DNA of 58,660 bases from a virus (lineage: Duplodnaviria > Caudoviricetes). Location of the stretch: IMG/VR virus record IMGVR_UViG_3300029327_000042, positions 1-58,660 of that record; one strand, written 5' to 3'. The notes under the pieces were generated by a model that saw only the letters and a program-made list of their open reading frames with translations, ran no database searches and had not been told where the DNA came from. The position numbers and the translations under genes are program-made. Within the stretch, counting starts at the first letter, position 1. Each line of letters begins with the position of its first letter. Shown piece after piece: positions 38,794 to 47,640 of the stretch.

Positions 38794-38826
38794 TGAAAAA
38801 GGGTGAATTGGGGTGAAAAAGGGTGA
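38794..38826 (+). repeat. GGGTGA x3 at 10-bp period, putative arm-type sites of the second integrase
   Basis: GGGTGA at 38801, 38811 and 38821; TGAAAAAGGGTGA occurs twice. Confidence 0.6.
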
Positions 38827-38964
38827 CGTTGTGAAAAATTAAGTAGATACGTAGAAGTAAAGAGTTATTGGAATCTCGGAAAAGTCAAAAGGAAAATAGG
38901 GGTTTGACAGGCAATGTCGGAAAAGTCGGTTCGCAACAGAGCTGTTTATTTTGCCTAGTCAACA

Positions 38965-38998
38965 CGAAAAAGGCCAGGCAAGAGCCCGGCCTTTTTCG
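38965..38998. terminator. bidirectional terminator
   Basis: CGAAAAAGGCCAGGC-aaga-GCCCGGCCTTTTTCG. Confidence 0.75.
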
Positions 38999-39023
38999 AC
39001 AGAAGGAGATCGCCTGTATTCTA

Positions 39024-39299
39024 TCAGACGACTACTTCGATATCATGTACTTTAATGGTTCTATTCCCATCCTCTATGGTGTAGAGGGCATAAATAGCTG
39101 TTGCTGAAAAAAATTGAAGCTCCATCTCGTAGACGCGCCAAGGCGGATCTGCTTCAAAAATAATATGACCGTCCTGACCGTCCCGGCAGAGATACCATCG
39201 AAGCGACATCAAGACTTCATCCAAGCGAGGATGAGCCACCTTAAATTTGTTAATTTTCTCAGTTGCAACTGAGGTCAGTTCCCATTCCCTAAGCAGCAT
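39024..39299 (-). CDS. putative RelE/ParE-like toxin
   Basis: 91 aa overlapping the antitoxin stop; C-terminal YALYTIEDGNRTIKVHDI strand pattern. Confidence 0.5.
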   Translation of the reverse strand: MLLREWELTSVATEKINKFKVAHPRLDEVLMSLRWYLCRDGQDGHIIFEADPPWRVYEMELQFFSATAIYALYTIEDGNRTIKVHDIEVVV

Positions 39300-39858
39300 T
39301 GGCCCGATTCTCCATGCAACCCTGCATAGACACCGTCGCCCAATTAATAGCCGCAGGAGAAGCCTTGCCGGCGGACTTTACAAAGACAGTATGAAGTGGA
39401 ATTTCTTCGTCAAGGTTTGCTCGTGACCATGTTTCATCATGAGTTAGTTCACTAATGGATTTGGCAGTGTGGTTATGGCACACGATGTTAACCACTTCAT
39501 CGATCAAGCTGATTTGTGCGGGAGAGAAAAGAGAAAGATTGGGTTTCTTGAGCGGAACAAAATCCTTCTTGGGGTATCCGTAATATTCCGTATCTCTGAT
39601 TGCGATTTGTTTCGTCTCAGCAAGTTCATGAAGGATTTCGAGGATATGCCGTGGAACAGGGCCGTACTGTTGTTTTACGTAAGACTCTCCGGTAATTGGT
39701 TCCCCATCCAGAACATAGGACCACACATCCGCGTACCAAAGCGATTTGTTCAATTTAGTAGCTCCCAAGCTACTATCCGCTTTGTAGCAGATGTAGTGAA
39801 CCAATGCTTTGAGTTTTTCGCGGTCGAAATCATACCCGCGGACATTGTTCTGTTCCAT
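39289..39858 (-). CDS. Panacea/SocA (DUF4065) antitoxin
   Basis: KLNKSLWYAD...PITGESY...YGPVP...ISELTH..W. Confidence 0.85.
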   Translation of the reverse strand: MEQNNVRGYDFDREKLKALVHYICYKADSSLGATKLNKSLWYADVWSYVLDGEPITGESYVKQQYGPVPRHILEILHELAETKQIAIRDTEYYGYPKKDFVPLKKPNLSLFSPAQISLIDEVVNIVCHNHTAKSISELTHDETWSRANLDEEIPLHTVFVKSAGKASPAAINWATVSMQGCMENRANAA

Positions 39859-40167
39859 CTTGGGCTCCTATCAGCACAACCAAAAGTTAAAATGACGTTA
39901 ACTTGTTACATAATAGCCGATAACCTCTATTATTATCGGCATCTTTAACATGAAGCATAAGCAGAATAAAGTGTTTTGTTGCCTTTGTGAGGTAGTAAAA
40001 TGCAGTATTTCATCCTACTTTTAGGCCCTATCTAATCCAATTAACGAATGACCGGCCTGGATCAAATTCGAAATATCCTTTGTAAGCCCTGGGGGAATGA
40101 GATAATTTTATGCTGCCCATGCTCGGAGAAATTGACGGAAGCGCTCCAAAGTCCCCGTATGTATTAA

Positions 40168-40308
40168 TCACTTCTTCTTTGTCGGCTTCTTGTCTGTTTC
40201 CACAACTGTTGTTTTGGGGTGCTTTTTAGCTTCATCCAAAGTAGTGTAGCGTCCTGTGTCAGCTTCACGAGCCCTTTTTATTGTCCCACCCTTCTTTTTG
40301 TCGGACAT
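40168..40308 (-). CDS. 46-aa basic protein (not in ORF track)
   Basis: AAGGAG RBS; MSDKKKGGTIKRAREADTGRYTTLDEAKKHPKTTVVETDKKPTKKK. Confidence 0.65.
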   Translation of the reverse strand: MSDKKKGGTIKRAREADTGRYTTLDEAKKHPKTTVVETDKKPTKKK

Positions 40309-40552
40309 GACTTTCTCCTTTTTTGGACGAGTTATAAGGATCACTTCTGCCGTAAGTTTCGGTCATCCAATCTTATTTTGCAGGATGATCAATTCCTTAA
40401 CAGTGGAAAGAAGATCGGATCGGGCAAGTTGGTCGCATGATTGCTCGACCATGACATTTACAAGGGGATCCGGGGAGTTCGCCGGCATTGCGGATGTCGG
40501 TGCAGACCCCGATGATGGGTTGATGTTTGATCTCGGCCTGGTTTGCTCTCTG

Positions 40553-40930
40553 CTAATCTCCCCTGACCTTCCATTTTGGTTCTACGGTTTGCTCAAGGTT
40601 GATTCCGACGACAATTGAGAGGTCCCTAAATTCAAGTGGAACGGCATCGAGTGAAGCTCCGAATGTGATCTCTACATCGGCGGGCAATTTCGTGAGAAAT
40701 TCAAGAAAGCGTTCGGCGGTTGGCCTGCTGTCGATTTCTGAAATTGGTCCGAAAAAATTGCCGTCGATTTCATTAAGCTCAATCTGCAGCAAGTCATCCC
40801 CTCTCATCTTGAACCTATAAAAAACCAGAGGGCGCATTCTGTATTTGGATGAGCCGAACGTAATTTCCGTATCTGGAGGGACCTTGCTAAGGAAGTTGCA
40901 CAATTTTCCGACTGTCAGTGATTCGCTCAT
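40553..40930 (-). CDS. hypothetical protein with internal duplication
   Basis: FLSKVPPDTEITFGSS...PLVF and FLTKLPADVEITFGAS...PLEF; GGGGAG RBS. Confidence 0.7.
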   Translation of the reverse strand: MSESLTVGKLCNFLSKVPPDTEITFGSSKYRMRPLVFYRFKMRGDDLLQIELNEIDGNFFGPISEIDSRPTAERFLEFLTKLPADVEITFGASLDAVPLEFRDLSIVVGINLEQTVEPKWKVRGD

Positions 40931-40993
40931 CTAATCTCCCCGAACCTTTATCAGAACAAGAAATCTCTTCCTGAAGGGGTCCTTGCCAACCAT
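40925..40993. repeat. copy of repressor S24 active-site DNA (41606-41674)
   Basis: 60/69 identity by manual alignment; a third partial copy lies at 40553-40570. Confidence 0.9.
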
Positions 40994-41021
40994 GATTAAA
41001 AGCCGCCCAAGATCTTTCTCC

Positions 41022-41315
41022 TCAAGAAGTCTGGTAAACTGGAAGACCGATCCATCCATCAGGATGGGATACCGTTCGGTAGATCTTCCCATCTGCACGT
41101 AATTCGTAATCTGGGAGCCCGCACCAGCCCATCGGATGGGAGACGGTTCGATAGATTTTACCGTTTGGACGCAATTCGTAATCAGGAAGACCATTCCATC
41201 CATCGGGATGCGAAACGGTGCGGTAGATCTTGCCGTCATCGCGTAATTCGTAATCGGGTAATCCGCTCCAGCCGCTTGGATGGCTTACAGTTCGATTGAT
41301 TTTTTTTATTGTCAT
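41022..41315 (-). CDS. 24-aa tandem repeat protein
   Basis: About 4 x IYRTVSHPxGWxGLPDYELRxxGK (72-bp unit); AAGGA RBS just after the repressor stop. Confidence 0.75.
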   Translation of the reverse strand: MTIKKINRTVSHPSGWSGLPDYELRDDGKIYRTVSHPDGWNGLPDYELRPNGKIYRTVSHPMGWCGLPDYELRADGKIYRTVSHPDGWIGLPVYQTS

Positions 41316-41326
41316 TCCTTCCTTTT

Positions 41327-42148
41327 CTAGTCGAATTCCTTCCCTGCCCAGCGGACTCGGCCGAGGATATATTGCTTAAGGGATCGGCCGGGCACCAAGT
41401 CAAATTCGAAGGGTCTGTAAACGGCAACATTGTCACTCATGCAGATAAGAGTCATCCGGCCGTCCTCCTTGCGGCTCAGCGCCAGGCGCTTAATCGCGGA
41501 GCTTCCGTCCGGCATTATTATCATGTAGATTGAGCCGGTGCGAACGTCTAACCGCTCCCCCTCGTAAGTGTCCACCATTACAACTTCACCTGGATTGATC
41601 GTGGGGCTCATCGAATCTCCCCGAACCTTTATCAGGACAAGAAATTTCTTCCTGAACTCATCTTTCCCAACCATCCGCTCGATCCACCATTTCTTGAACG
41701 GATATTGATCGGCGACCTCATCAAAGATGATTTCTCCTTCAGGTCCAGCGGCAACTCTCGATTCGAGTAGAGGTAAAAGCTCAAAATCCTCAGGCGATAA
41801 GCAGTTATAGGGCGCCTGCTGCTCGCTCAACTCCTCGCCCCGCCGCATTGGCCCCTCGCCGGAAAGCAGCCAGTCAGAAGAAATCCCATGCTTCTCGAAC
41901 GCTTCAACAATCCATTGAGCAGGAAGACGTTGTCTTTTTCTCGCAGATCCAAACGATCCGAGGGTCAGGTTTAAAATTTTCATCAGTTCTGTTGGATTTT
42001 TAGCACCGAGAGCACTGATAAGCCTCTCCAGTTTTGACTCGAATAGCGGATCAGGCTGGTTCGCTTGCTCTTCAGGATCAACCGAACCACCAAGCGAACT
42101 AGTTGGCTTGGTGGATTTGTGATCTATGCCGTTGTTTATATTAGACAT
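41327..42148 (-). CDS. CI-like phage repressor (HTH + S24 peptidase)
   Basis: ISSDWLLSGEGPM, VAAG, KVRGDSMSPTI, AIKRL, ILGRVRW; divergent from the early operon. Confidence 0.9.
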   Translation of the reverse strand: MSNINNGIDHKSTKPTSSLGGSVDPEEQANQPDPLFESKLERLISALGAKNPTELMKILNLTLGSFGSARKRQRLPAQWIVEAFEKHGISSDWLLSGEGPMRRGEELSEQQAPYNCLSPEDFELLPLLESRVAAGPEGEIIFDEVADQYPFKKWWIERMVGKDEFRKKFLVLIKVRGDSMSPTINPGEVVMVDTYEGERLDVRTGSIYMIIMPDGSSAIKRLALSRKEDGRMTLICMSDNVAVYRPFEFDLVPGRSLKQYILGRVRWAGKEFD

Positions 42149-42270
42149 AATGTTACACCGCCCAAAAGTGATAAAAATCCACGTTGCGAACAAAATATTC
42201 ATTGACTCACTAATGAAAATCATTAGAATGCTGTAACATACGTTTCAATCACAAATTACAGGATTCGGAC

Positions 42271-42717
42271 ATGGCAATCAATGGGAATACGAAACCAAAT
42301 TTCGGACAGCCGGGGCGGCAATTGACCCTCCGCGACCAGATGAGCCTTGATCCGACCGATCTCCTGAAGGCAGCGATGCGGGAAGCCGTGAATAATTCAG
42401 GGCTTTCACGCTCCCAGGTAGTTGAAGAAATGAACAGGCTGTCAGCAATTGCCGGGCTGGGTGTCCGGGTGAGCGAGGCGATGCTCGATAAATGGATCGC
42501 GCGAGGTTCCAAAGGCCACATCATACCTGTCAGGGACCTGCCTATTTTTTGCCAGGTTGTTGGGTCGATCTTGCCTCTCCAGGCTCTTATGCCTTCCGGC
42601 GTTGAAATCATCGCCGGAGATGACCTGAAGCTTTTGAGATGGGCCAGGGCTGAATCGGAAAAGAGAAAGGCCGCAAGACAAGCCAGGCGGTTCGCCGAGG
42701 AGGCCGGAATCCGATGA
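42271..42717 (+). CDS. phage regulatory protein (CII-like)
   Basis: SGLSRSQVVEEM...MLDKW...FCQVVG; first gene of the early operon. Confidence 0.6.
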   Translation: MAINGNTKPNFGQPGRQLTLRDQMSLDPTDLLKAAMREAVNNSGLSRSQVVEEMNRLSAIAGLGVRVSEAMLDKWIARGSKGHIIPVRDLPIFCQVVGSILPLQALMPSGVEIIAGDDLKLLRWARAESEKRKAARQARRFAEEAGIR

Positions 42718-42905
42718 GACCCGAATGGCAGCTTAAAGGCATCAAAAAGTGGTTGATCGATTTGAACATGACGCAAGATCAGATCGCAAAGGCCGCAGGT
42801 GTGAGCCGCCCCCTGGTTAGCCTCACCATTTCAGGCCGAAGGAAGAATAAACAAGTGATTGACTTCCTTTTATCTAAAGGGTGCCCGAGGAACTTGCTCG
42901 ATTGA
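42714..42905 (+). CDS. Ner/Cro-like HTH
   Basis: MTQDQIAKAAGVSRPLVSLTISGRR. Confidence 0.75.
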   Translation: MRPEWQLKGIKKWLIDLNMTQDQIAKAAGVSRPLVSLTISGRRKNKQVIDFLLSKGCPRNLLD

Positions 42906-42931
42906 TCTTTAGCGGCGGAGGCCGAAATCAG

Positions 42932-45214
42932 ATGAACGACCGGGTAACAGTAAAGGATCTAGCGGCGTCGCTCGGGATAACCGAACGGGCGGTGCAGAAA
43001 AAAGCGAAGGAGAAGAACTGGCCGGCGCAGGATTCCACAAATCCAAAGGGCGGTCGGCCGATCAAAACTTTCCCGCTTTCAATCCTTTCCAGGGAAGACC
43101 AGGAAAAGGTAGCTAAGCATCGCCTGGAGGAGCGGCTCCGAAATCCCATGTACCTGGTCGACAAAAATGCCCAGTCCTCCGCAAGCAAAAACGCCGGTTT
43201 GTCAATTCCAAATGCCGGTTTGTCAAATCCGCCCACCGTTCCCGGACAGATGACATCCGGTACAGGTTTAACAAACTCAAACAAACAGGCCGCCCCTCCG
43301 GCTCGGTCCGACCAGGTTGGGCTTGCAAAGTTCAACCTGGTCACCGCCTGGAGAAACCTCCTTGAGTCGCAGCCTCACGGCAAAAAGATCGAGGCGACCC
43401 AGGCGTTTTTGCTTGCGTACAACTCGGGGCGGCTGCTTCCCGGACCCTTCGCCCTGGTCGGGCCAATGGCATCGGGCACACTCCGCGATCTTGACAAAAA
43501 ACTCCGGGCGTCTCGCGATCAAAATAACGGCGTCGAGGACTACCACGCGATATGCGACGGTCGCGGCGGGTGGCGAAAGCACGGGACCACCTTGTGGAGG
43601 CAGAGATCGCTTTCGAATGAGGCCAAAGATGTCTTCTTGTCATGCTGGCTTCGGCCCGAACAACCCACGGTCGCGCTCGCGATCCGCGCCGCCAGGATGA
43701 TGCTGGAGAAGCGCGGAACGCCGGAACCATCCGACGACCGCACCTGGCGAAGATGGCTCGAAGACTGGTCCAAAAGATCTCAGCATATAATAGTGCTCGC
43801 ACGCGAGGGCGAAAAAGCCTACCGAGACAAGGTCGGCCCCTATATCACACGCGACGACTCGATGCTTGAGCCCGGCCAGGTGCTCATTGCAGACGGCCAC
43901 GATCTAAACTTCCAGATCCTGCACCCCCAAACCGGGAAGCCCTCGCGCCTCAAGCTGGTGATGTTTTTCGACTGGGCATCGCGCATGCCGGTCGGCTGGC
44001 AGATCATGCCCACCGAGAACTCGGTCGTCATCCACGCGGCCCTTCGCAACGCGATCATAGCCCTGGGCAAGGTGCCGGATGTCGTCTATCTCGATAACGG
44101 CAAGGCATTCAAGGCCAAGGTTTTTACCGATTCGAGCCCGGATCTTACCGAATTTACCGGCATCTACGCCCGCCTCGGGATCGCCACGCAGTTCGCGCAG
44201 CCCTACAACGCCCGCGCAAAGATTATCGAGCGGTTTTTCCAGACGCTAAACGAGCAGTTCGAGCGGCTGATGTCTAGCTACACCGGGGCATCGATTGCCG
44301 ATAAGCCGGCCTGGACCTCCCGAAACGAAAAATTCCACAAGGCCATGCACGCCAAACGCACGGGCGGCTGGGTCCCCGACATCCGGGAAGCCGCCTGGCT
44401 CGTATCGCTCTACATCCAGTGGTACTCGCAGCAGGAACACTCCGGGATCAACTTCCAAAAACCGGCCGACCTGCTCGCCGCCGGCAGGGGTCCCGGAGTG
44501 GACGTCGCCGACCTCAACTACAGGATGCTTTGGGAAAAGACTGCTGTTCCGCACCGCTGCCGGGTGACCCTCTTTGGAATCGACTACGAATCGGACTGCC
44601 TGCACGGCTACGCGGACAAGGTTGTGGTCAAGTACGACTGCTCCGACCTCGCAAAAATCTGGTTCTACACGGCTGACCGCGAGTACCTCGGCGAGGGCCT
44701 CCCCGTCCAGGCGCTAAACCCAATCGCCCGCCAGCTCGGAGACCAGGTGGGAGTCGACCAGGTCAAATCGGCTATTGCTCGCCAGCGCAGCCTGGCCAAG
44801 CAGACAAAAGCCGGCCTGCTGGAACTCGGGGCTTCGAATGAAACAGCCGAAGGACTTTCGGCCCTGCCCTGGCGGCAAAAAGCTGCGGTGCTTCCAGGAG
44901 GGAAATCAGAATCAGCGCAACCCAAGCTCGAAGCGCCCATGCCCGAAGAGGAGAAGGCACGTCTTGAGCTGGTTGCCAGCCGGGCCGAGGCCGAGATCCG
45001 CAGGGAAGAAGAGTCAAGGCCCGAACTGGAGCGCCCCGAGCAATTCCGCAGCCCGGCAGAGAGGTTCGAGTGGTGCTGGAGGGCTCAACACCAGCACAAA
45101 GCCGAGCTGACCCACGAAGAGCAGGCGTTTATGGCCTGGTACCAGACTACTGAAGAATTCCAGACGGTCTGTCGGCAGCGGATTGAAGACCTTGAGATGA
45201 TTTACTGCCAATAA
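42932..45214 (+). CDS. MuA-like DDE transposase
   Basis: N-terminal HTH; LIADGH, FDWASR, YLDNGKAF, AKIIERFF; GGAGG RBS. Confidence 0.92.
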   Translation: MNDRVTVKDLAASLGITERAVQKKAKEKNWPAQDSTNPKGGRPIKTFPLSILSREDQEKVAKHRLEERLRNPMYLVDKNAQSSASKNAGLSIPNAGLSNPPTVPGQMTSGTGLTNSNKQAAPPARSDQVGLAKFNLVTAWRNLLESQPHGKKIEATQAFLLAYNSGRLLPGPFALVGPMASGTLRDLDKKLRASRDQNNGVEDYHAICDGRGGWRKHGTTLWRQRSLSNEAKDVFLSCWLRPEQPTVALAIRAARMMLEKRGTPEPSDDRTWRRWLEDWSKRSQHIIVLAREGEKAYRDKVGPYITRDDSMLEPGQVLIADGHDLNFQILHPQTGKPSRLKLVMFFDWASRMPVGWQIMPTENSVVIHAALRNAIIALGKVPDVVYLDNGKAFKAKVFTDSSPDLTEFTGIYARLGIATQFAQPYNARAKIIERFFQTLNEQFERLMSSYTGASIADKPAWTSRNEKFHKAMHAKRTGGWVPDIREAAWLVSLYIQWYSQQEHSGINFQKPADLLAAGRGPGVDVADLNYRMLWEKTAVPHRCRVTLFGIDYESDCLHGYADKVVVKYDCSDLAKIWFYTADREYLGEGLPVQALNPIARQLGDQVGVDQVKSAIARQRSLAKQTKAGLLELGASNETAEGLSALPWRQKAAVLPGGKSESAQPKLEAPMPEEEKARLELVASRAEAEIRREEESRPELERPEQFRSPAERFEWCWRAQHQHKAELTHEEQAFMAWYQTTEEFQTVCRQRIEDLEMIYCQ

Positions 45215-45238
45215 CGCGCCTTTCAGTCGTTTAGCTGA

Positions 45239-45511
45239 ATGACTGAAAAAGGGACAAAAATGGAAATTATTGGAGAGATCACAGAGCGTGCCGCAGAAGT
45301 CCTGGGCGGCTATCAACTGGTAACCGAGCATGACTTGCGCGACGTAATCACTGACATGATCGAGCGTCTTGGGTCGCAGACCGCTGTTGCAAGGGAACTC
45401 GGGGTATCGGTGGTTTATCTGAATGATGTGCTGCACGGGAAACGGGGATTGGGAATGAAGCTCGCCGAAGGGCTCGGCTGGGAGAAGATCGAGATCTACA
45501 GGAGGAAGTAA
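45239..45511 (+). CDS. small HTH protein between MuA and MuB
   Basis: GSQTAVARELGVSVVYLNDVLHGKR. Confidence 0.7.
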   Translation: MTEKGTKMEIIGEITERAAEVLGGYQLVTEHDLRDVITDMIERLGSQTAVARELGVSVVYLNDVLHGKRGLGMKLAEGLGWEKIEIYRRK

Positions 45512-45516
45512 CGCCA

Positions 45517-45540
45517 AAAATTGCGAAATTTCGCAATTTT
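45517..45540. promoter_or_regulatory. perfect 24-bp palindrome upstream of MuB
   Basis: AAAATTGCGAAA|TTTCGCAATTTT. Confidence 0.6.
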
Positions 45541-45560
45541 CAAACAGGGGGGGAACAGGC

Positions 45561-46277
45561 ATGAAAGCGGTATTTGTCGAAACGCGGAACACGGTGCGCG
45601 CCAGGGAAGCGCTCTCCGTGCTTGAAGACATCGAAGGCGGGCAGCCGGGGCTGGCTTGTTTTTACGGCGAGGCCGGGCGGGGCAAGACCATCTTTGCGCG
45701 CCACTACACCGTCCAGACCGGGGCCGTCTACCTGCGAGTGCTCGAAGACTGGACGCCTCGGGCCATGCTGGCAGCTCTTTGCAGGCAGCTCAACGGGTCC
45801 GAACCCAACTCGGTTGACCGGTGCAAGCGCATGGCCTGCGAGCAGCTCGAAACTCAGCGCCGCACCCTCCTGGTCGATGAGGTTGACCGCCTCTCGGTTA
45901 ATCTCATCGAGCATCTTCGGGACATACACGATATCTCAGGGGTCCCTGTAATACTAATTGGAGAGCAGCATCTTTTCCCCATTCTAAACGCCAGAAAGCG
46001 CCTCTGGTCCCGCGTCACTCAGGTGGTCGAGTTCAAGGCCATCTCCACCGAAGATATCATCCTTTATGCCATGAGGGCCGCCGACCTGAAGCTCCATCCA
46101 GAGGTGGCGGCAAGGATCGAATCGCGCTCCGGCGGAGATTTCCGCCTGGTCTTCTCCGACATCCGGGACTGCGAACAGATGGCGCGGGCTGCCGGGACAA
46201 AGACCGTCGATATCAAAATGGTGCAATCACTTTCCTCGCGTCGGCCTGGAGCAAGTGGAGGCCGCAATGGAAACTGA
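45561..46277 (+). CDS. MuB-like AAA+ ATPase
   Basis: GEAGRGKT, LLVDEVD, LRDIHD, LWSRV. Confidence 0.9.
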   Translation: MKAVFVETRNTVRAREALSVLEDIEGGQPGLACFYGEAGRGKTIFARHYTVQTGAVYLRVLEDWTPRAMLAALCRQLNGSEPNSVDRCKRMACEQLETQRRTLLVDEVDRLSVNLIEHLRDIHDISGVPVILIGEQHLFPILNARKRLWSRVTQVVEFKAISTEDIILYAMRAADLKLHPEVAARIESRSGGDFRLVFSDIRDCEQMARAAGTKTVDIKMVQSLSSRRPGASGGRNGN

Positions 46278-46869
46278 GCGCAGAAAATGCGGCAGAAAGC
46301 TCAATTCGGAGACCGAGCAAATCAGGCAGGCGCTTGCCGCAATGGGTACCGCCACAACTCGGCAGCTCCGTGACATGGGGTTTTCCAGGGCCAAGATCGA
46401 CATCGCAATCGAGACCTTTCGACGGCAAAAATGCGTCATGCGAATATCGAGGGCGACCTACCAGTATGTGCCGGAGCGACGGCCGGCGCGCGAAGCGCCC
46501 CTGGAGGACCGCATCTGGCACGCGATGAGGATCAACCCAAAGTGGAGCTGCTCGGACATTGCCATCCAGGCCGGAACGACTGTCTCCTATGTCTACAAAC
46601 GCTTACGTGAATACCGTGCGGAAGAATTCATAGCACGAGCTGGTTTGAGAGGGCTTGAGAGGCTCTGGAAGCTCACCATCAAAGGCCATGAGCATATCGA
46701 GCGCCCCGAGGTCGAATTTTTCGAGCCGGACCCGCTCGTCCTTCTTGCGGCCAAGATCAACAAGCTGGTTGCAACCGGCATGGCTCAGCGCTTTGCCGAC
46801 GCGAACGAAGCCGCAAAAGCGGCATGCTCGGAACTCCGGGACAAGCTCGAGGAGATAGCATGCTTGTAA
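46267..46869 (+). CDS. winged-HTH phage protein
   Basis: RIWHAMRI...DIAIQAGTTVSYVYKRL; overlaps the MuB stop. Confidence 0.65.
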   Translation: METERRKCGRKLNSETEQIRQALAAMGTATTRQLRDMGFSRAKIDIAIETFRRQKCVMRISRATYQYVPERRPAREAPLEDRIWHAMRINPKWSCSDIAIQAGTTVSYVYKRLREYRAEEFIARAGLRGLERLWKLTIKGHEHIERPEVEFFEPDPLVLLAAKINKLVATGMAQRFADANEAAKAACSELRDKLEEIACL

Positions 46870-47195
46870 GGACCTTCACGCGGCACTTTGTAAAAATGTG
46901 GTGCCAGTGGCGCGGGGGCTTCCCGGACATCGAGGAAGTAAACCGCCTGATATCCGAAGGCCAGCAGCTACGGCCTCAGCTCTTGCTCTTTAAGCGCATG
47001 CCCGACGGCACTTACCGCGACTACATGCTCCTGGCCGAACACTGGAACAACGAAGCCGGCGTGGTCATGCGAATCGATGAAGCAAACGGGACGGCTGTCA
47101 CGATAATCGCCGCTGGGCGGCGAAAGGAATTCAGCCGGTATTTTCCCACCCGAAAACGGTCCACGGAGAACGGCCATGCCAAGACCTCTGCCTAA
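46860..47195 (+). CDS. hypothetical phage protein
   Basis: GAGGAG RBS; tiles the operon. Confidence 0.55.
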   Translation: MLVRTFTRHFVKMWCQWRGGFPDIEEVNRLISEGQQLRPQLLLFKRMPDGTYRDYMLLAEHWNNEAGVVMRIDEANGTAVTIIAAGRRKEFSRYFPTRKRSTENGHAKTSA

Positions 47196-47640
47196 GATCG
47201 GAAACAAGGAAAAGGCGCTGATTCACGTGGCTAAATCGAAGCTCGGCCTCTCCGAGGACGCTTACCGCGAGATGCTGGCAAGCGTCGGCGTGACCTCTTC
47301 TAGGGACCTGAACGTGCTCCAGTTCGAAGAACTGCTGGGCAGGCTGGAAGCGGGGGGATTTGTATCGAGCCGGGCGCCCCGCTCGGCCGATGGGAAGTCC
47401 CGCAAGCGGGTTAAGCCTGCAGACGGGAGAGGCCCCCTGCTTCGGAAGATCCGGGCGATCCTCGCCGATACGGGCCTCACTGAAGAGTACGCCCTGGGCA
47501 TCGCCGCCAAGATGGGTTTTTGTGCGACCGCGCTCGAATGGCTTCATCCAGACTCGCTCTGGAGGGTGGCCGCGGCGCTGTCCATCTATCAAAAGCGCAA
47601 GAAAACAAAGGAGGGAACAGGCAATGAACGAAATGTGTAG
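47176..47640 (+). CDS. GemA/gp16 (DUF1018) family
   Basis: LIHVAKSKLGLSEDAYREML...SSRDL...KIRAIL. Confidence 0.85.
   Translation: MPRPLPKIGNKEKALIHVAKSKLGLSEDAYREMLASVGVTSSRDLNVLQFEELLGRLEAGGFVSSRAPRSADGKSRKRVKPADGRGPLLRKIRAILADTGLTEEYALGIAAKMGFCATALEWLHPDSLWRVAAALSIYQKRKKTKEGTGNERNV

Noticed and set aside
40931-41239. 102-aa ORF ending FLVLIKVRGD
   Set aside because: It is an alternate frame of the repeat-protein gene running into the duplicated repressor fragment, so it is treated as a repeat rather than a gene.
41022-41315. CRISPR array (72-bp periodicity)
   Set aside because: The units are contiguous, in frame and vary mostly at codon level; there are no unique spacers.
40925-41674. 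Diversity-generating retroelement TR/VR pair
   Set aside because: Mismatches are not adenine-specific on either strand, and no reverse transcriptase is present in the window.
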